Shown in pieces: positions 49,347 through 59,195 of a stretch of 64,000 nt of DNA. A program made the translations under genes and the position numbers. Numbering within the stretch: the stretch's first letter is position 1; each line of letters begins with the position of its first letter. The notes below the pieces were generated by a model. It was given only the letters and a program-made list of their open reading frames with translations, was not told the DNA's origin and searched no databases. Source of the DNA: an uncultured Verrucomicrobiae bacterium (GTDB lineage Bacteria; Verrucomicrobiota; Verrucomicrobiia; Chthoniobacterales; UBA10450); contig CAWIBO010000002.1 of NCBI GenBank assembly GCA_963834385.1, positions 544,001 to 608,000 of the forward strand, written 5' to 3'.

Positions 49347-50275
49347 TTGGCCGACCTCGCTTCCAGGGAAAGCCTGATGATCCGCGCACAAAGCTCCGGG
49401 TAACCAATCCCGGCCACCCCGGCGGCTTCCGGCAACAGGCTCGACTCCGTCATCCCGGGAATCGTGTTCAACTCCAGGACGGTGGGCCGCCCATCCTCCG
49501 GGAGGATGAAATCGACCCGCGAATAAACCTGCAGGCCGAGGGCGCGATGGGCCCGCACCGCCAGGGCGCGAATTTCCTCCCCGAGACGTTCCGGCACTTC
49601 CGCGGGACAAACGTGCTGCGCGCCACCGCCCCCGGTCGGGTTCAGGAAGGGATACTTGTTGTTGAAATCGTAGAAGCCGCCTTTCGGGATGATCTCGAGG
49701 ATCGGCAGGGCCAGGTCGCCCAGCACGCCGACCGTCAGCTCGCGGCCCGGCATGAACTTTTCCACCAGGATGCGCTGGTCATACTCCGACGCGCCGGCAA
49801 GGGCAGCGTCGACTTCCTCCGGCGTCTTGACGATGTAAACGCCGACGGTCGAACCCTGGCGCGGCGCCTTGACCACGAACGGCAGCGTCATCGCGGGCCG
49901 TTCGCCGGGTCCGATCACCTCCCAGGCGGGCGTCGGGACGTCACCGGCATCAAACCGTTCCTTGGAAAGAATTTTGTCAAAGGCGATGCGGCTGCCTTCG
50001 ATCCCTTCGCCGGTGTAGGCGACCCCGCGCTCCTCCAGCAGCCGCTGGACTTCGCCGTCCTCGCCGAAAGTGCCGTGCAAAGCGATGAAGGCCAGCTCCG
50101 TTCCGGCCGGCAGCTCGAAATCGGGGCCTTTCACGTCGACCTCGGTCACGTCCAGTTCGAGGGCGCGCAACGCCTTCGCCACCCCGCGACCCGTGGCCAG
50201 GGAAACTTCGCGCTCGGCGCTCGGTCCGCCCATGAGCACCGCCACCCGGGAAGGAAGTTTTCGTTCGCTGCTCAT
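49343..50275 (-). CDS. ddl: D-alanine--D-alanine ligase
   Basis: VAVLMGGPSAEREVSL, LHG.FGEDG, GST.GV, YD...KY, LELNTIPGMT..SLLP; own ATG at 50275 overlaps the murB stop. Confidence 0.93.
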   Translation of the reverse strand: MSSERKLPSRVAVLMGGPSAEREVSLATGRGVAKALRALELDVTEVDVKGPDFELPAGTELAFIALHGTFGEDGEVQRLLEERGVAYTGEGIEGSRIAFDKILSKERFDAGDVPTPAWEVIGPGERPAMTLPFVVKAPRQGSTVGVYIVKTPEEVDAALAGASEYDQRILVEKFMPGRELTVGVLGDLALPILEIIPKGGFYDFNNKYPFLNPTGGGGAQHVCPAEVPERLGEEIRALAVRAHRALGLQVYSRVDFILPEDGRPTVLELNTIPGMTESSLLPEAAGVAGIGYPELCARIIRLSLEARSAK

Positions 50276-52573
50276 GCCGGTTCCCCCACGATTTGCACTT
50301 CCGTCTCCAGTTCGATTCCCCGTTTCTCCCGCGCCACCGACTGCACCTGGTCGATCAGGGCCAGCATCTCCGCCGCGGTCGCGCCGCCATCGTTGACCAT
50401 GAAATTGCCGTGCACCTCGGAGACGCGGGCGTTGCCGACGCGCAGGTTCTTCAATCCCAGCTCGTCCACCAGGCGGCCGGCCGGGCATTCCTTCGGATTT
50501 TTGAAAATGCAGCCGGCGCTGCGGGCGGCCGGTTGCGAAGTGCGCCGTTTCTCCTGCGATTCCTCGAGCCGGCGCGAAATCTCCTCCACCGGCGCGGGCG
50601 GACCGGTGAAAACGGCCGAGACGGCGTAGCTTGTTCTCGAGCGAGGGGACATGGCGATAGTGCACCTCCATCTCCGCGGCCTTCTTCGTATGAGGATTCC
50701 CCTCCGCGTCGAGAAAGCGGACGCTCTCGACGTTATCAAATGTCTGCGCGCCCATGGCGCCGGCGTTCATCCGCAGCCCGCCGCCCACTTCGCCCGGGAT
50801 CCCTTCCATCCACTCCAGTCCGCCAATCCCTGCGCTTTTCCCGGCATAGGCGACCTGTTTCAGCTTGGCTCCCACGCCGGCGGTGATGGTGCCCTGGGAA
50901 ACTTCCACGCGGTCGAACTCCCCGCCCGAGGGATGCACGACCACGCCGCGGATCCCGCCATCGCGCACCAGGAGGTTGGAGCCCCGGCCGATGACAAACA
51001 GCGGAAGCTTTTCGGCGCGGCAAAACCGGATCACCCCGGCAAAAGCGGACTCATCGCGCGGCTCCACCCAGAACTGGGCCGGCCCGCCAACGCGCAGCGT
51101 GGTATGGCGGGCCAGCGGCTCATACAGGCGCACCTCGCCCTCTTCCCCCACGATTTCCTTGAGCCGCTCGGCCACCACGAGGTCGCCGGCGAGGATGGCC
51201 AGCTGTTCGTGGATGTTGCCGGCACCGAGGCTCAGGACGAGGTCGCCGCTCGCGAGCATGTTCCCCATTTCCCAGTGCAACCGGTCGAGCCGCGGCTGGT
51301 AAACCACCCCGGCATGCCCCCCGGCGGCCACTTCATCGACGATGGTCTGCCCGGTGATTCCCTCAATGGGACGTTCGCTCGCCGGATAGACATCCGTCAC
51401 CACCAGCCGGTCGGCATCACCAAAACACTGCCCAAACTCCTTCCGCAGCGCCTTGGTCCGTGAATAGCGATGCGGCTGGAACATGGCGAGCACCCGGCTG
51501 CGGCCCGCCGTGCGCGCCGTCGCCAGGGTGGCCCGAATTTCCGTCGGATGATGCGCGTAATCGTCCACGAGCATGAAACGCTCGCTCTGATACTTGATCT
51601 CAAAACGCCGGCGGGCATGCCGAAATTGCGCCAGCGAGGCCGCGATCTTTTCAAAGGGCACGCCCAGCTCCGTGGCCACGGCGATGACCCCGAGCGCGTT
51701 GCTCACATTATGACGCCCGGGGACGCTCAGGGTGGCCTCGCCCAGTTTCCGGCCGCGCTGGTGCACGCAAAAGACGGAGGCAAAATCCCGCAGCTCAATA
51801 TCCACCCCGCGGTAGTCGGCCGGCTCGCCGAACCCGAAGGAGACGGCCGCTCCGGAACGTTCCCGGCAAAGACGCGCCGCGTGCGCGTCGTCCGCGCAAT
51901 AAAACGTCTTCCCTTCCGTTTGCTCGAGCAACTGCCGAAAGACCGCCTCGATCGCGGAGAGATCGGCATAAAAATCAAGGTGCTCCTCCTCGATGTTGAG
52001 GATGAGCGCGTGTTCCGGCCGGAAAAGCCGGAGGGTCCCGTCGCTTTCGTCGCCCTCAGCGACAAAATATTCGCCACGGCGGTCCCAGTGCGCGTTCGAA
52101 CCGAGGATGGGAATTTCCGCGCCGACATAATGGGAGGGATGCAGGCCGCCCCCGCGCAGGACATGGGCAAGCATGGCCGAGGTGGTGGTCTTGCCGTGCA
52201 TCCCGGCGACGATCACCCCGCGTTTGCCGCGCATGATCGCGGCCAGAGCTTCGGCCCGCCGGATGGCCGTCTGACCGCTGCCCCGCGCCGCGGCCAGGAT
52301 TGGGTTGTCGTCCCGGATGGCCGAGGAAAAAACGATGAGCTCGGCGCCGGCGGCGTCTTCCGCCCGGTGAGCCCGATGGAACCGGAGTCCAAGCTGTTCC
52401 AACCGCTCAATCTCGAGCGTTTGCACCTTGTCGGATCCGCTCACGGTGTGTCCCAGCTCGAGCAGCAGCGCCGCGATCCCGCTCATGCCGCTCCCGGCCA
52501 CGCCGATCAAATGCACATGATGCTGTTCCTGCGTCAGCATCCGCGCGAGTTCCGCCTGCACGGTCGCGCTCAC
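50272..52573 (-). CDS. murC: MurC-MurB fusion, with a +1 frameshift near 50630
   Basis: MurC motifs GVAGSGMSG, GMHGKTTT, EGDESD, DDYAHHPTE; MurB motifs HTTLRVGG, GRGSNLL, GIPG.VGG...MNAGA; QP...SAGCIFKNP and HGNF in the shifted frame. Confidence 0.9.
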
Positions 52574-53661
52574 GCCTTCACCTCCGCGTAACGTTCCATC
52601 GTGTCGGCCACAGCCCGGGCGGCCTCGCGGGGCGCATGCTTGGCCGCGGCCGCAGCCATTCCCTGCAAGGAAACGGCGTCCCCGAGCAGGTCGGCCACGG
52701 TGCGTCCCAGCAGGTCGCCCGTGATGCTGCTTTCCGGGAGCAGCCGGGCCGCCCCCGACTGCACAAAGATCTCGGCGTTGCGCGTCTGGTGATCATCCGC
52801 GGCGTAGGGGAACGGCACCAGGACAGCCGGGAGCGAGAAGGCCGCAATCTCCGCCAGGCTGGCCGCGCCGGACCGGGCCACGGCCAGGTCGGCCGCGCTG
52901 TAAAGTTCCTCCATGCGATGATGAAAGGGCGCGACCCAGGCCGGCACGTTTTCGCGCCGGTAATTGTCGGCCACCAGGCGTTCGTCACGACCGCCGGTGA
53001 GATGCATCACCTGGAGTGGACGGCTTTTCAGCGCCGGCAAAGCCCGGATCATTGCCTGGTTCAGGCCGCTGGCTCCCTGGCTGCCGCCCATGACAAGAAC
53101 GGTGGGCAGGTCGGGCGAAAGGCCGAGACGATTCCGGGCGGCGGCGCGCTCCATGGGCTGCAAGTCGGGACGGATCGGCGTTCCGGTTACTTCCGTCCGA
53201 ACCCGCGGAAAAAACGGCGCGCATTCCTTGAAGCCGAGCAAGACCGCGCGGACCAGGCGGGCGGTGACCTTGTTCGCCTTGCCCGGGATGGCGTTTGATT
53301 CGTGAATGAAAGTCGGGATGCCGCGGAGACGCCCGGCCAGGACCGGTGCGGTGGAGGTGAATCCGCCCATGCCGAGGACCACATGCGGTTTGAACTGGCG
53401 ATAGATGCCGCGGCAAAGCGCGAGGCTGTGGGCGAAGCGCCGGAAGAAGGCGAGGATCGCGGGGGAAAAGGGCGAGGGCAGACCGATCGAGGGCAGTTTC
53501 TCGAACCGGAAATGTCCGTGGGCGGAAGCGGCCAGGGTATCGATTTCCTTTTCGGAAATGAAGAGCATGACCTCGTGGCCGCGGCCGCGCAGAACTTCCG
53601 CCACGGCCAGGCCGGGAAAGAGGTGGCCGCCCGTGCCACCGCAGGCGATGACAGCATTCAT
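52570..53661 (-). CDS. murG: Undecaprenyl-PP-MurNAc-pentapeptide GlcNAc transferase
   Basis: GGTGGHLFP, HESN.IPG, GGSQGA, RSGA, DDHQ..NA. Confidence 0.96.
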   Translation of the reverse strand: MNAVIACGGTGGHLFPGLAVAEVLRGRGHEVMLFISEKEIDTLAASAHGHFRFEKLPSIGLPSPFSPAILAFFRRFAHSLALCRGIYRQFKPHVVLGMGGFTSTAPVLAGRLRGIPTFIHESNAIPGKANKVTARLVRAVLLGFKECAPFFPRVRTEVTGTPIRPDLQPMERAAARNRLGLSPDLPTVLVMGGSQGASGLNQAMIRALPALKSRPLQVMHLTGGRDERLVADNYRRENVPAWVAPFHHRMEELYSAADLAVARSGAASLAEIAAFSLPAVLVPFPYAADDHQTRNAEIFVQSGAARLLPESSITGDLLGRTVADLLGDAVSLQGMAAAAAKHAPREAARAVADTMERYAEVKA

Positions 53662-53686
53662 GAGCAGTGGGTTTTTCCTTTCCTGC

Positions 53687-54829
53687 TCATATTCTTGGGG
53701 TGGCCCGGACCTGCATGGTGACGCGGCGGCGGGAAGCCGGCTCGAGCACGCCCTGGCGATAAACGCTCAGGAGCAGGCCCACGCCGAAAAGACAGGCCAC
53801 GAGGTTGGAGCCGCCGTAACTGATAAAGGGGAGCGGCAAACCCTTGTTCGGCAGGAGCGAGGTGGTGACGCCGATGTTGACCGCGGCCTGGAGAGCGACC
53901 AACGAGACCACGCCGCCGGCGAGAAGGAGACCAAAGCGATCCTTGGCGTGCAGGGCGATCAGGGTGCCGCAGACAATGATGACGACGAAGAGAAAAACCA
54001 CGAGGAGACTGAAGCGCAGTCCCAGTTCCTCACCCACGATGGGAAAAATGAAGTCCGTGTGGGCGTAGGGCAGATAGAGCATCTTCTGCCGGCCATTGCC
54101 GAGACCGAGACCTTCCAGGCCGCCGCTTCCCCAGGCCAGCAGCGCCTGCATCTGCTGGAGACCGGCATCCTCCTTGAATTTCTCCGGGTCCATGAACGCC
54201 ACCAGGCGTCCCATTCGCTCGGTCATCTGCGTGGCGACAAAGAGGAGACCGGCCACGCCGCTCAGGGCCACGCCGCCGAGCAGAACCGGGTTCGTCCCGG
54301 CGAGGAACATGACCACGAAGGCGGTGGCCCCGACGAGCGCGGTTGTGCCGAGATCGACCTCCAGGACGATGAGCAACAGCGGGAGAGCCACCACCAGCAA
54401 CGGCGCGAGAAAACCGCGCACCAGCTCGCCGCTCTGCTTCTCAAACCGGGTGAACCACCAGGCCAGGAAAAAGATCACCGCCAGCTTGGCCAGCTCCGAC
54501 GGCTGGAAAGTGAAACCGCCGCCGCCGATCCAGCGGTTTGAGCCGTTGATCCGCATGCCGATGCCGGGGGCAAAACAAAGCGCCAGCGCCGCCAAAGCGA
54601 GGCCGAACCAGAGCCACCACGTCCGCTGCCAGAAATGATAATCCACCGCCGCGGTCACGAGGCAGATGACAAATCCAATCCCCAGCCAGATCGACTGGCG
54701 CCTGATGAAAAAATACACGTCTCCGCGACTGTCCCGGGCAAAGGCGCTCGTGCTGAAGAGCATGACGATGCCGATGACGAGCAGGGCCAGAACGGCGAGG
54801 ACGAGAAGATAGGCGCTCTTGCGATGCAT
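53687..54829 (-). CDS. ftsW: SEDS peptidoglycan polymerase FtsW
   Basis: RWI, QPSE.AK, DLGT, LP.AHTDFIF..GEELG, LPFISYGGS. Confidence 0.95.
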   Translation of the reverse strand: MHRKSAYLLVLAVLALLVIGIVMLFSTSAFARDSRGDVYFFIRRQSIWLGIGFVICLVTAAVDYHFWQRTWWLWFGLALAALALCFAPGIGMRINGSNRWIGGGGFTFQPSELAKLAVIFFLAWWFTRFEKQSGELVRGFLAPLLVVALPLLLIVLEVDLGTTALVGATAFVVMFLAGTNPVLLGGVALSGVAGLLFVATQMTERMGRLVAFMDPEKFKEDAGLQQMQALLAWGSGGLEGLGLGNGRQKMLYLPYAHTDFIFPIVGEELGLRFSLLVVFLFVVIIVCGTLIALHAKDRFGLLLAGGVVSLVALQAAVNIGVTTSLLPNKGLPLPFISYGGSNLVACLFGVGLLLSVYRQGVLEPASRRRVTMQVRATPRI

Positions 54830-54832
54830 CAG

Positions 54833-55385
54833 TTACCGTCCCGATTTTGCCGGTACCAGCAGTTTCTGCCCGATCTGGAGTTTTCGCGGGTCATCAATCT
54901 TGTTCACCTCAAGGAGCGCGTCGTAGGAGACACCGAGCTTGCGCGCGATCTTCACCGGGTTGTCGCCCTTGACCACGACGTAGGTCTTGCCGGACGTCGC
55001 CGCACGGCCCCCGGCCGGTTCGGCGCGCCGCACTTCCTTCCCGCTTTTCTCCACTTTGGTCGCCGGGCGCACCGCGACCAGGTCTTCCTTCGCCCCCGCC
55101 GATGCGGGCGCGTCCGTCGCCGGTGCCGTCTCCGCGGGCGAAGCGGGCGCGCTCACAGACGGCGGCCGTGGTGTCGCCGCCGCGATTCTTGATCGTGTTA
55201 AAGGCCAGGATGCCGGCCACGGCCACGACATGGAGCACGAGAACGATCAGGATCGCGCGGGAAAGCTTCATGTTGGGCTCGGACATTTCCTCGAACTCCA
55301 TGTCTTTCGGGAACGAGATGGAACGGCGCGCGGTGGAGGCGCGGAGTTTCTTGCGCAGCAGTTTGGGGAGTTTTGGTATTTTCAT
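54833..55385 (-). CDS. Membrane-anchored LysM protein, with a +1 frameshift near 55180
   Basis: TM in ORF 54909..55385; LysM (YVVVKGDNPVKIARKLGVS...N.I.DPRKLQIGQKL.VP) in ORF 54833..55231. Confidence 0.85.
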
Positions 55386-56713
55386 TTGGGGAGAGCCTGG
55401 ACAAGGGCACGGAACTGATCGCCGCGGTCGGCGTAGCTCTTGAACATGTCGAAAGAGGAGGTGCCCGGGGAAAAGAGAACCACTTCGCCGGGACGGGCCA
55501 CGCGGTGCGCCCGCTCCACCGCGTCAGCCAGGCTGGAGGCGATTTCGCACGGGACGGTTCCCTCCCAGTCCTGGGCGATGCTCCCGGCCATCTCGCCGAG
55601 AAGCACGGCCTGGCGGACCTTGCCGGCGAGCGCGGCCCGGACCGGCGCGAAATCGAAACCCTTGTCCTTGCCGCCGGCCACGAGGACGACCGGTTTCCCC
55701 TGGGCGAGGAGGGCCTTCTCCAGCGCGGCGAGGTTGGTCGCTTTGGAATCGTTGATCCACTCCACGCCGCCGACCTCGCGCACCATCTCGCAACGGTGGG
55801 GCCGGGGCTCGTAGGTGCTGAGCGACGGCACCATCTCGGCCGGGGAAAGTCCGCGGGCCATGCCGACCGCGAGGGTGGCCATCAGGTTCTCGATGTTATG
55901 CAGCCCCCGCAGCCTCGTCTCGGCCAGCCGCAGCAAAATCTCGCCGCGATGAATGATCGCGCCTTCCTCCAACCGAAAATCAGCCTGGTGGGAGTAGGCG
56001 CTGAACGTGACCTTGCGCGGGGCCAGCGCGGGCAGATCGTCGATGGCGTTGACCACCGCGACATCCTCCCCGGTCTGGTTTTCGAAAATGCGCAGCTTGG
56101 CGCTGCGATAGGCCGCGAGGGAGGGATAACGATCAAGATGGTCCGGGGCAAAGTTCAGCCAGACGCTGATGGCCGGGCGGAAACTGCGGATCGTCTCGAG
56201 CTGGAACGAGCTGACCTCCACCGTGAGGAGATCGAATTTTTCCTGTTCGCGCACGACCTCGGAGAAGGGCTCGCCGATGTTTCCGCAGGCGATGGTGCGC
56301 TGGCCGCAGGCGTTCAACATCTGCGCCAGCAACTCGGTGGTGGTGGTCTTGCCATTGGTCCCGGTGATCGCCACCACCGGTTTGGTGCAGGAACGCCAGG
56401 CCAGTTCCAGCTCGCCGATCATCTCGGTGCCGCGGGCGGAAAAATTCCGGGCCAGGGGCGAGACCGGGTCAATCCCCGGGCTGAGCACGACCAGGTCGTA
56501 GGAGGCGGAGTCGGCGTCGGCGGCCGAACCGCAGACCACCTCGATGCCGTCGCTCCGGAGTGAAGCGAGGCTGGACTGCAAGAGGCGCGACTCCTCGGCG
56601 CTGTCGAGCACCGTCACCGTTGCCCCTTCCGCACGGAGCAAATGGGCCGCGGCCGTTCCGCTGAGACCGGCCCCGAGCACCGCCGCTTTTTTTCCCTGGT
56701 AACGCGCGCTCAT
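55382..56713 (-). CDS. murD: UDP-MurNAc-L-Ala:D-Glu ligase
   Basis: SPGI, TGTNGKTTT, EVSSFQLE, PDHLDRY, NDSKATN, SPG.SSFDMF. Confidence 0.96.
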   Translation of the reverse strand: MSARYQGKKAAVLGAGLSGTAAAHLLRAEGATVTVLDSAEESRLLQSSLASLRSDGIEVVCGSAADADSASYDLVVLSPGIDPVSPLARNFSARGTEMIGELELAWRSCTKPVVAITGTNGKTTTTELLAQMLNACGQRTIACGNIGEPFSEVVREQEKFDLLTVEVSSFQLETIRSFRPAISVWLNFAPDHLDRYPSLAAYRSAKLRIFENQTGEDVAVVNAIDDLPALAPRKVTFSAYSHQADFRLEEGAIIHRGEILLRLAETRLRGLHNIENLMATLAVGMARGLSPAEMVPSLSTYEPRPHRCEMVREVGGVEWINDSKATNLAALEKALLAQGKPVVLVAGGKDKGFDFAPVRAALAGKVRQAVLLGEMAGSIAQDWEGTVPCEIASSLADAVERAHRVARPGEVVLFSPGTSSFDMFKSYADRGDQFRALVQALPK

Positions 56714-57810
56714 CGGAGTTTCAGCGTGGCCAGGCCGAGCAGGGCGAAAACGGCCGAGAGAATCCAGAAGCGGACAATGACGGTGTTCTCCTTCCAGCCG
56801 GTCAGCTCGAAGTGGTGGTGAATGGGCGACATCGCAAAAAGCCGTTTCCCGGTCAGCTTGAAACTCAGGACCTGCAGGATCACCGAGGTGGCCTCGATCA
56901 CGAAGACGCCGCCCACGACGGACAGGAGAAGCTCCTGTTTGCAGCAGATCGCGACCACGCCCATGAGGCCGCCGATGGCGAGCGAGCCGGTGTCACCCAT
57001 GAACATCTTGGCCGGGTAACAGTTGAACCAGAGAAACCCGAGGCCGGCCCCGATCAAGGCGGCGCAGATCACGGTCAGCTCACCGGTGAAGGGATAGAAC
57101 GGGACCTGGAGATATTCCGCGATCTTGAAGTTGCCCGCGGCATACGTCAGGAGCGCGTAGGTGAAGGCCACCGTGACGGTGCAGCCGATGGCCAGCCCGT
57201 CCAGCCCGTCGGTCAGGTTGACCGCGTTGGAGGAGCCGACAATCACAAGCGAGAAGAAGAGAAAGGTGAACGCGCCCATGTTCGTGATCATGGGCGTCTT
57301 GAAAAACGGCACATAAAGCGAACGCGCCTGCACCTCCAGGAGCGGGCTGGTCAGGAACACGGCCGTGACCAGGGCGGCCAGGCCGAGCTGGAAAATCAGT
57401 TTCACGCGGCCGCTGATGCCGTCCGATTTTTTCTTCGTGACCTTCAGGTAATCATCGGCAAACCCGAGCACGCCGAGATAGACCATGCTGAAGAGCGCGA
57501 GCCAGACGAAACGATTGTCGGGGCGCGCCCAGGCCAGGCTCGAAACGAGGACGGCGCCGATGATGAGCACCCCGCCCATGGTGGGCGTCCCGGCCTTGCT
57601 GCCGTGCAGCTCGGCCAGCCGGCGCACTTCCTCCTTGGTCCGGATCGGCTGGCCCACCTTGAGCGAGATCAGCTTGCGGATGACAAAACCACCGAAGGCG
57701 AGGGAGATGACAAAGGCGGTCACGGCCGCGGCGACCGAGCGGAAAGTGACATAGGAAAAGACGTTGAAGCCGATGAGCTCGTCGCTCAGCAGATGGAGGT
57801 AATACATCAT
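56710..57810 (-). CDS. mraY: Phospho-MurNAc-pentapeptide transferase
   Basis: K.GTPTMGG, DDYLK, SNAVNLTDGLDGL, FMGDTGSL, PIHHHFE. Confidence 0.97.
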   Translation of the reverse strand: MMYYLHLLSDELIGFNVFSYVTFRSVAAAVTAFVISLAFGGFVIRKLISLKVGQPIRTKEEVRRLAELHGSKAGTPTMGGVLIIGAVLVSSLAWARPDNRFVWLALFSMVYLGVLGFADDYLKVTKKKSDGISGRVKLIFQLGLAALVTAVFLTSPLLEVQARSLYVPFFKTPMITNMGAFTFLFFSLVIVGSSNAVNLTDGLDGLAIGCTVTVAFTYALLTYAAGNFKIAEYLQVPFYPFTGELTVICAALIGAGLGFLWFNCYPAKMFMGDTGSLAIGGLMGVVAICCKQELLLSVVGGVFVIEATSVILQVLSFKLTGKRLFAMSPIHHHFELTGWKENTVIVRFWILSAVFALLGLATLKLR

Positions 57811-59195
57811 CGCGCCACCTCCTCGGCCGGGGCCAGCCGGCCGAATTCCTCCAGCACCTCTTCCATGCGCGCGGAACGACTGCCCTTCACCAGGACAAGA
57901 TCGCCGGGCACCACGGTGTCGCGCAGCAGCGCCGCCGCTTCCGCGGGCGTGCCCGCGAGACAAACGTCGGCCAGCCCGGCCCGGCGGGCCGCTTCGCCGA
58001 TCTGCGCGCCGATATCGCCGACCGCGACGAGGCGGTCGATGCGCAGGGTCGCGGCGGTCTCGCCCACTTCACGATGTCCGCGTCCGGATTCGGTTCCGAG
58101 CTCGCCCATCGCGCCCAGCACGGCCACGCGCCGGCCGTCCGTCTCCAATTCCACCAGCGTCCGCAGGGCCGCTTTCATGGAGTCGGGATTGGCGTTGTAG
58201 CTGTCGTCGATGAACTGCACGCCCTGGACTTCGCGCACCTGCAGGCGCGCCTTGGTCAGCGGCGCCGAGGCCAGCCCGGCCGCGCATTCTTCCAGCGTCA
58301 TGGCAAAGGAACGCCCGGCGGCCACGGCCAGGAGCGCGTTCTGCACCATGTGCAGTCCCGGCACCGGGAGCTGCGTCCGGCAGCGGTGCGCCCGCTCCAT
58401 CACGGTGAACTCGGAGCCGGCCGCGCTTTGGGAAACCTCCACCGCGCGCACCGAGCCCTGGTTGATTCCGGCCAGGACCACGCGGGCCTGCGTCCGGGCG
58501 GCGATCCCCTCGCTGAAAGGATCGTCGCCGTTGAGAATGACCGTCCCGGCAGGCCCGATCGCTTCGGCCAGCGCGCCTTTCTCCTGCGCAATCGCCTCCT
58601 GGCTGCCCATGAATTCGATGTGGGCAATGCCGATGTTGGTGATGATCCCGATCTCCGGCTGCGCCAGCCGCGCCAGGGCCGCGATCTCGCCCGGATGATT
58701 CATCCCCAGTTCCCAGACCGCGACCTCATCCTCCCGCCCCGCCTCCAGCATGGTCCGCGGCAGGCCGACATGGTTGTTGAAATTTCCCTGGGTCTTGGTG
58801 ACCCGGAAACGCCGGCCGAGGACGGCGGCGACAAAATCCTTCGTGCTCGTTTTGCCGTTGCTCCCGGTGATGGCGATGACGTGCAGGGAAAGCGTGGCGC
58901 GATACTTCGCCGCGATCTCCTGGTAGGCCACAAGGGTATCGGGCACGCGCAGGACCGGCACCGCGGGTTCCTCTCCCCGCCAGTCGGCCGCGACCACCAA
59001 TCCGGCCGCCCCGCGCTCGACCGCCTGCTCGAGGAAGCGGTGACCGTCGAAGTTCTCCCCGCGCAAGGCCAGGAAAAGGTCGCCCGGCTGCAGGGTGCGC
59101 GAGTCGGTGCTGATGCGTGTAACAGTTTCCGCCCCGCCGCGGGACCATTTCGCTCCGGCGAACCCGCCAATTTGTTCCAGTGAAGTCGGTTCCAT
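57807..59195 (-). CDS. murF: UDP-MurNAc-tripeptide:D-Ala-D-Ala ligase
   Basis: TDSR, TGSNGKTSTK, NN.VGLP, ELGMNH.GEI, DSYNANP, VKGSR. Confidence 0.96.
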   Translation of the reverse strand: MEPTSLEQIGGFAGAKWSRGGAETVTRISTDSRTLQPGDLFLALRGENFDGHRFLEQAVERGAAGLVVAADWRGEEPAVPVLRVPDTLVAYQEIAAKYRATLSLHVIAITGSNGKTSTKDFVAAVLGRRFRVTKTQGNFNNHVGLPRTMLEAGREDEVAVWELGMNHPGEIAALARLAQPEIGIITNIGIAHIEFMGSQEAIAQEKGALAEAIGPAGTVILNGDDPFSEGIAARTQARVVLAGINQGSVRAVEVSQSAAGSEFTVMERAHRCRTQLPVPGLHMVQNALLAVAAGRSFAMTLEECAAGLASAPLTKARLQVREVQGVQFIDDSYNANPDSMKAALRTLVELETDGRRVAVLGAMGELGTESGRGHREVGETAATLRIDRLVAVGDIGAQIGEAARRAGLADVCLAGTPAEAAALLRDTVVPGDLVLVKGSRSARMEEVLEEFGRLAPAEEVAR

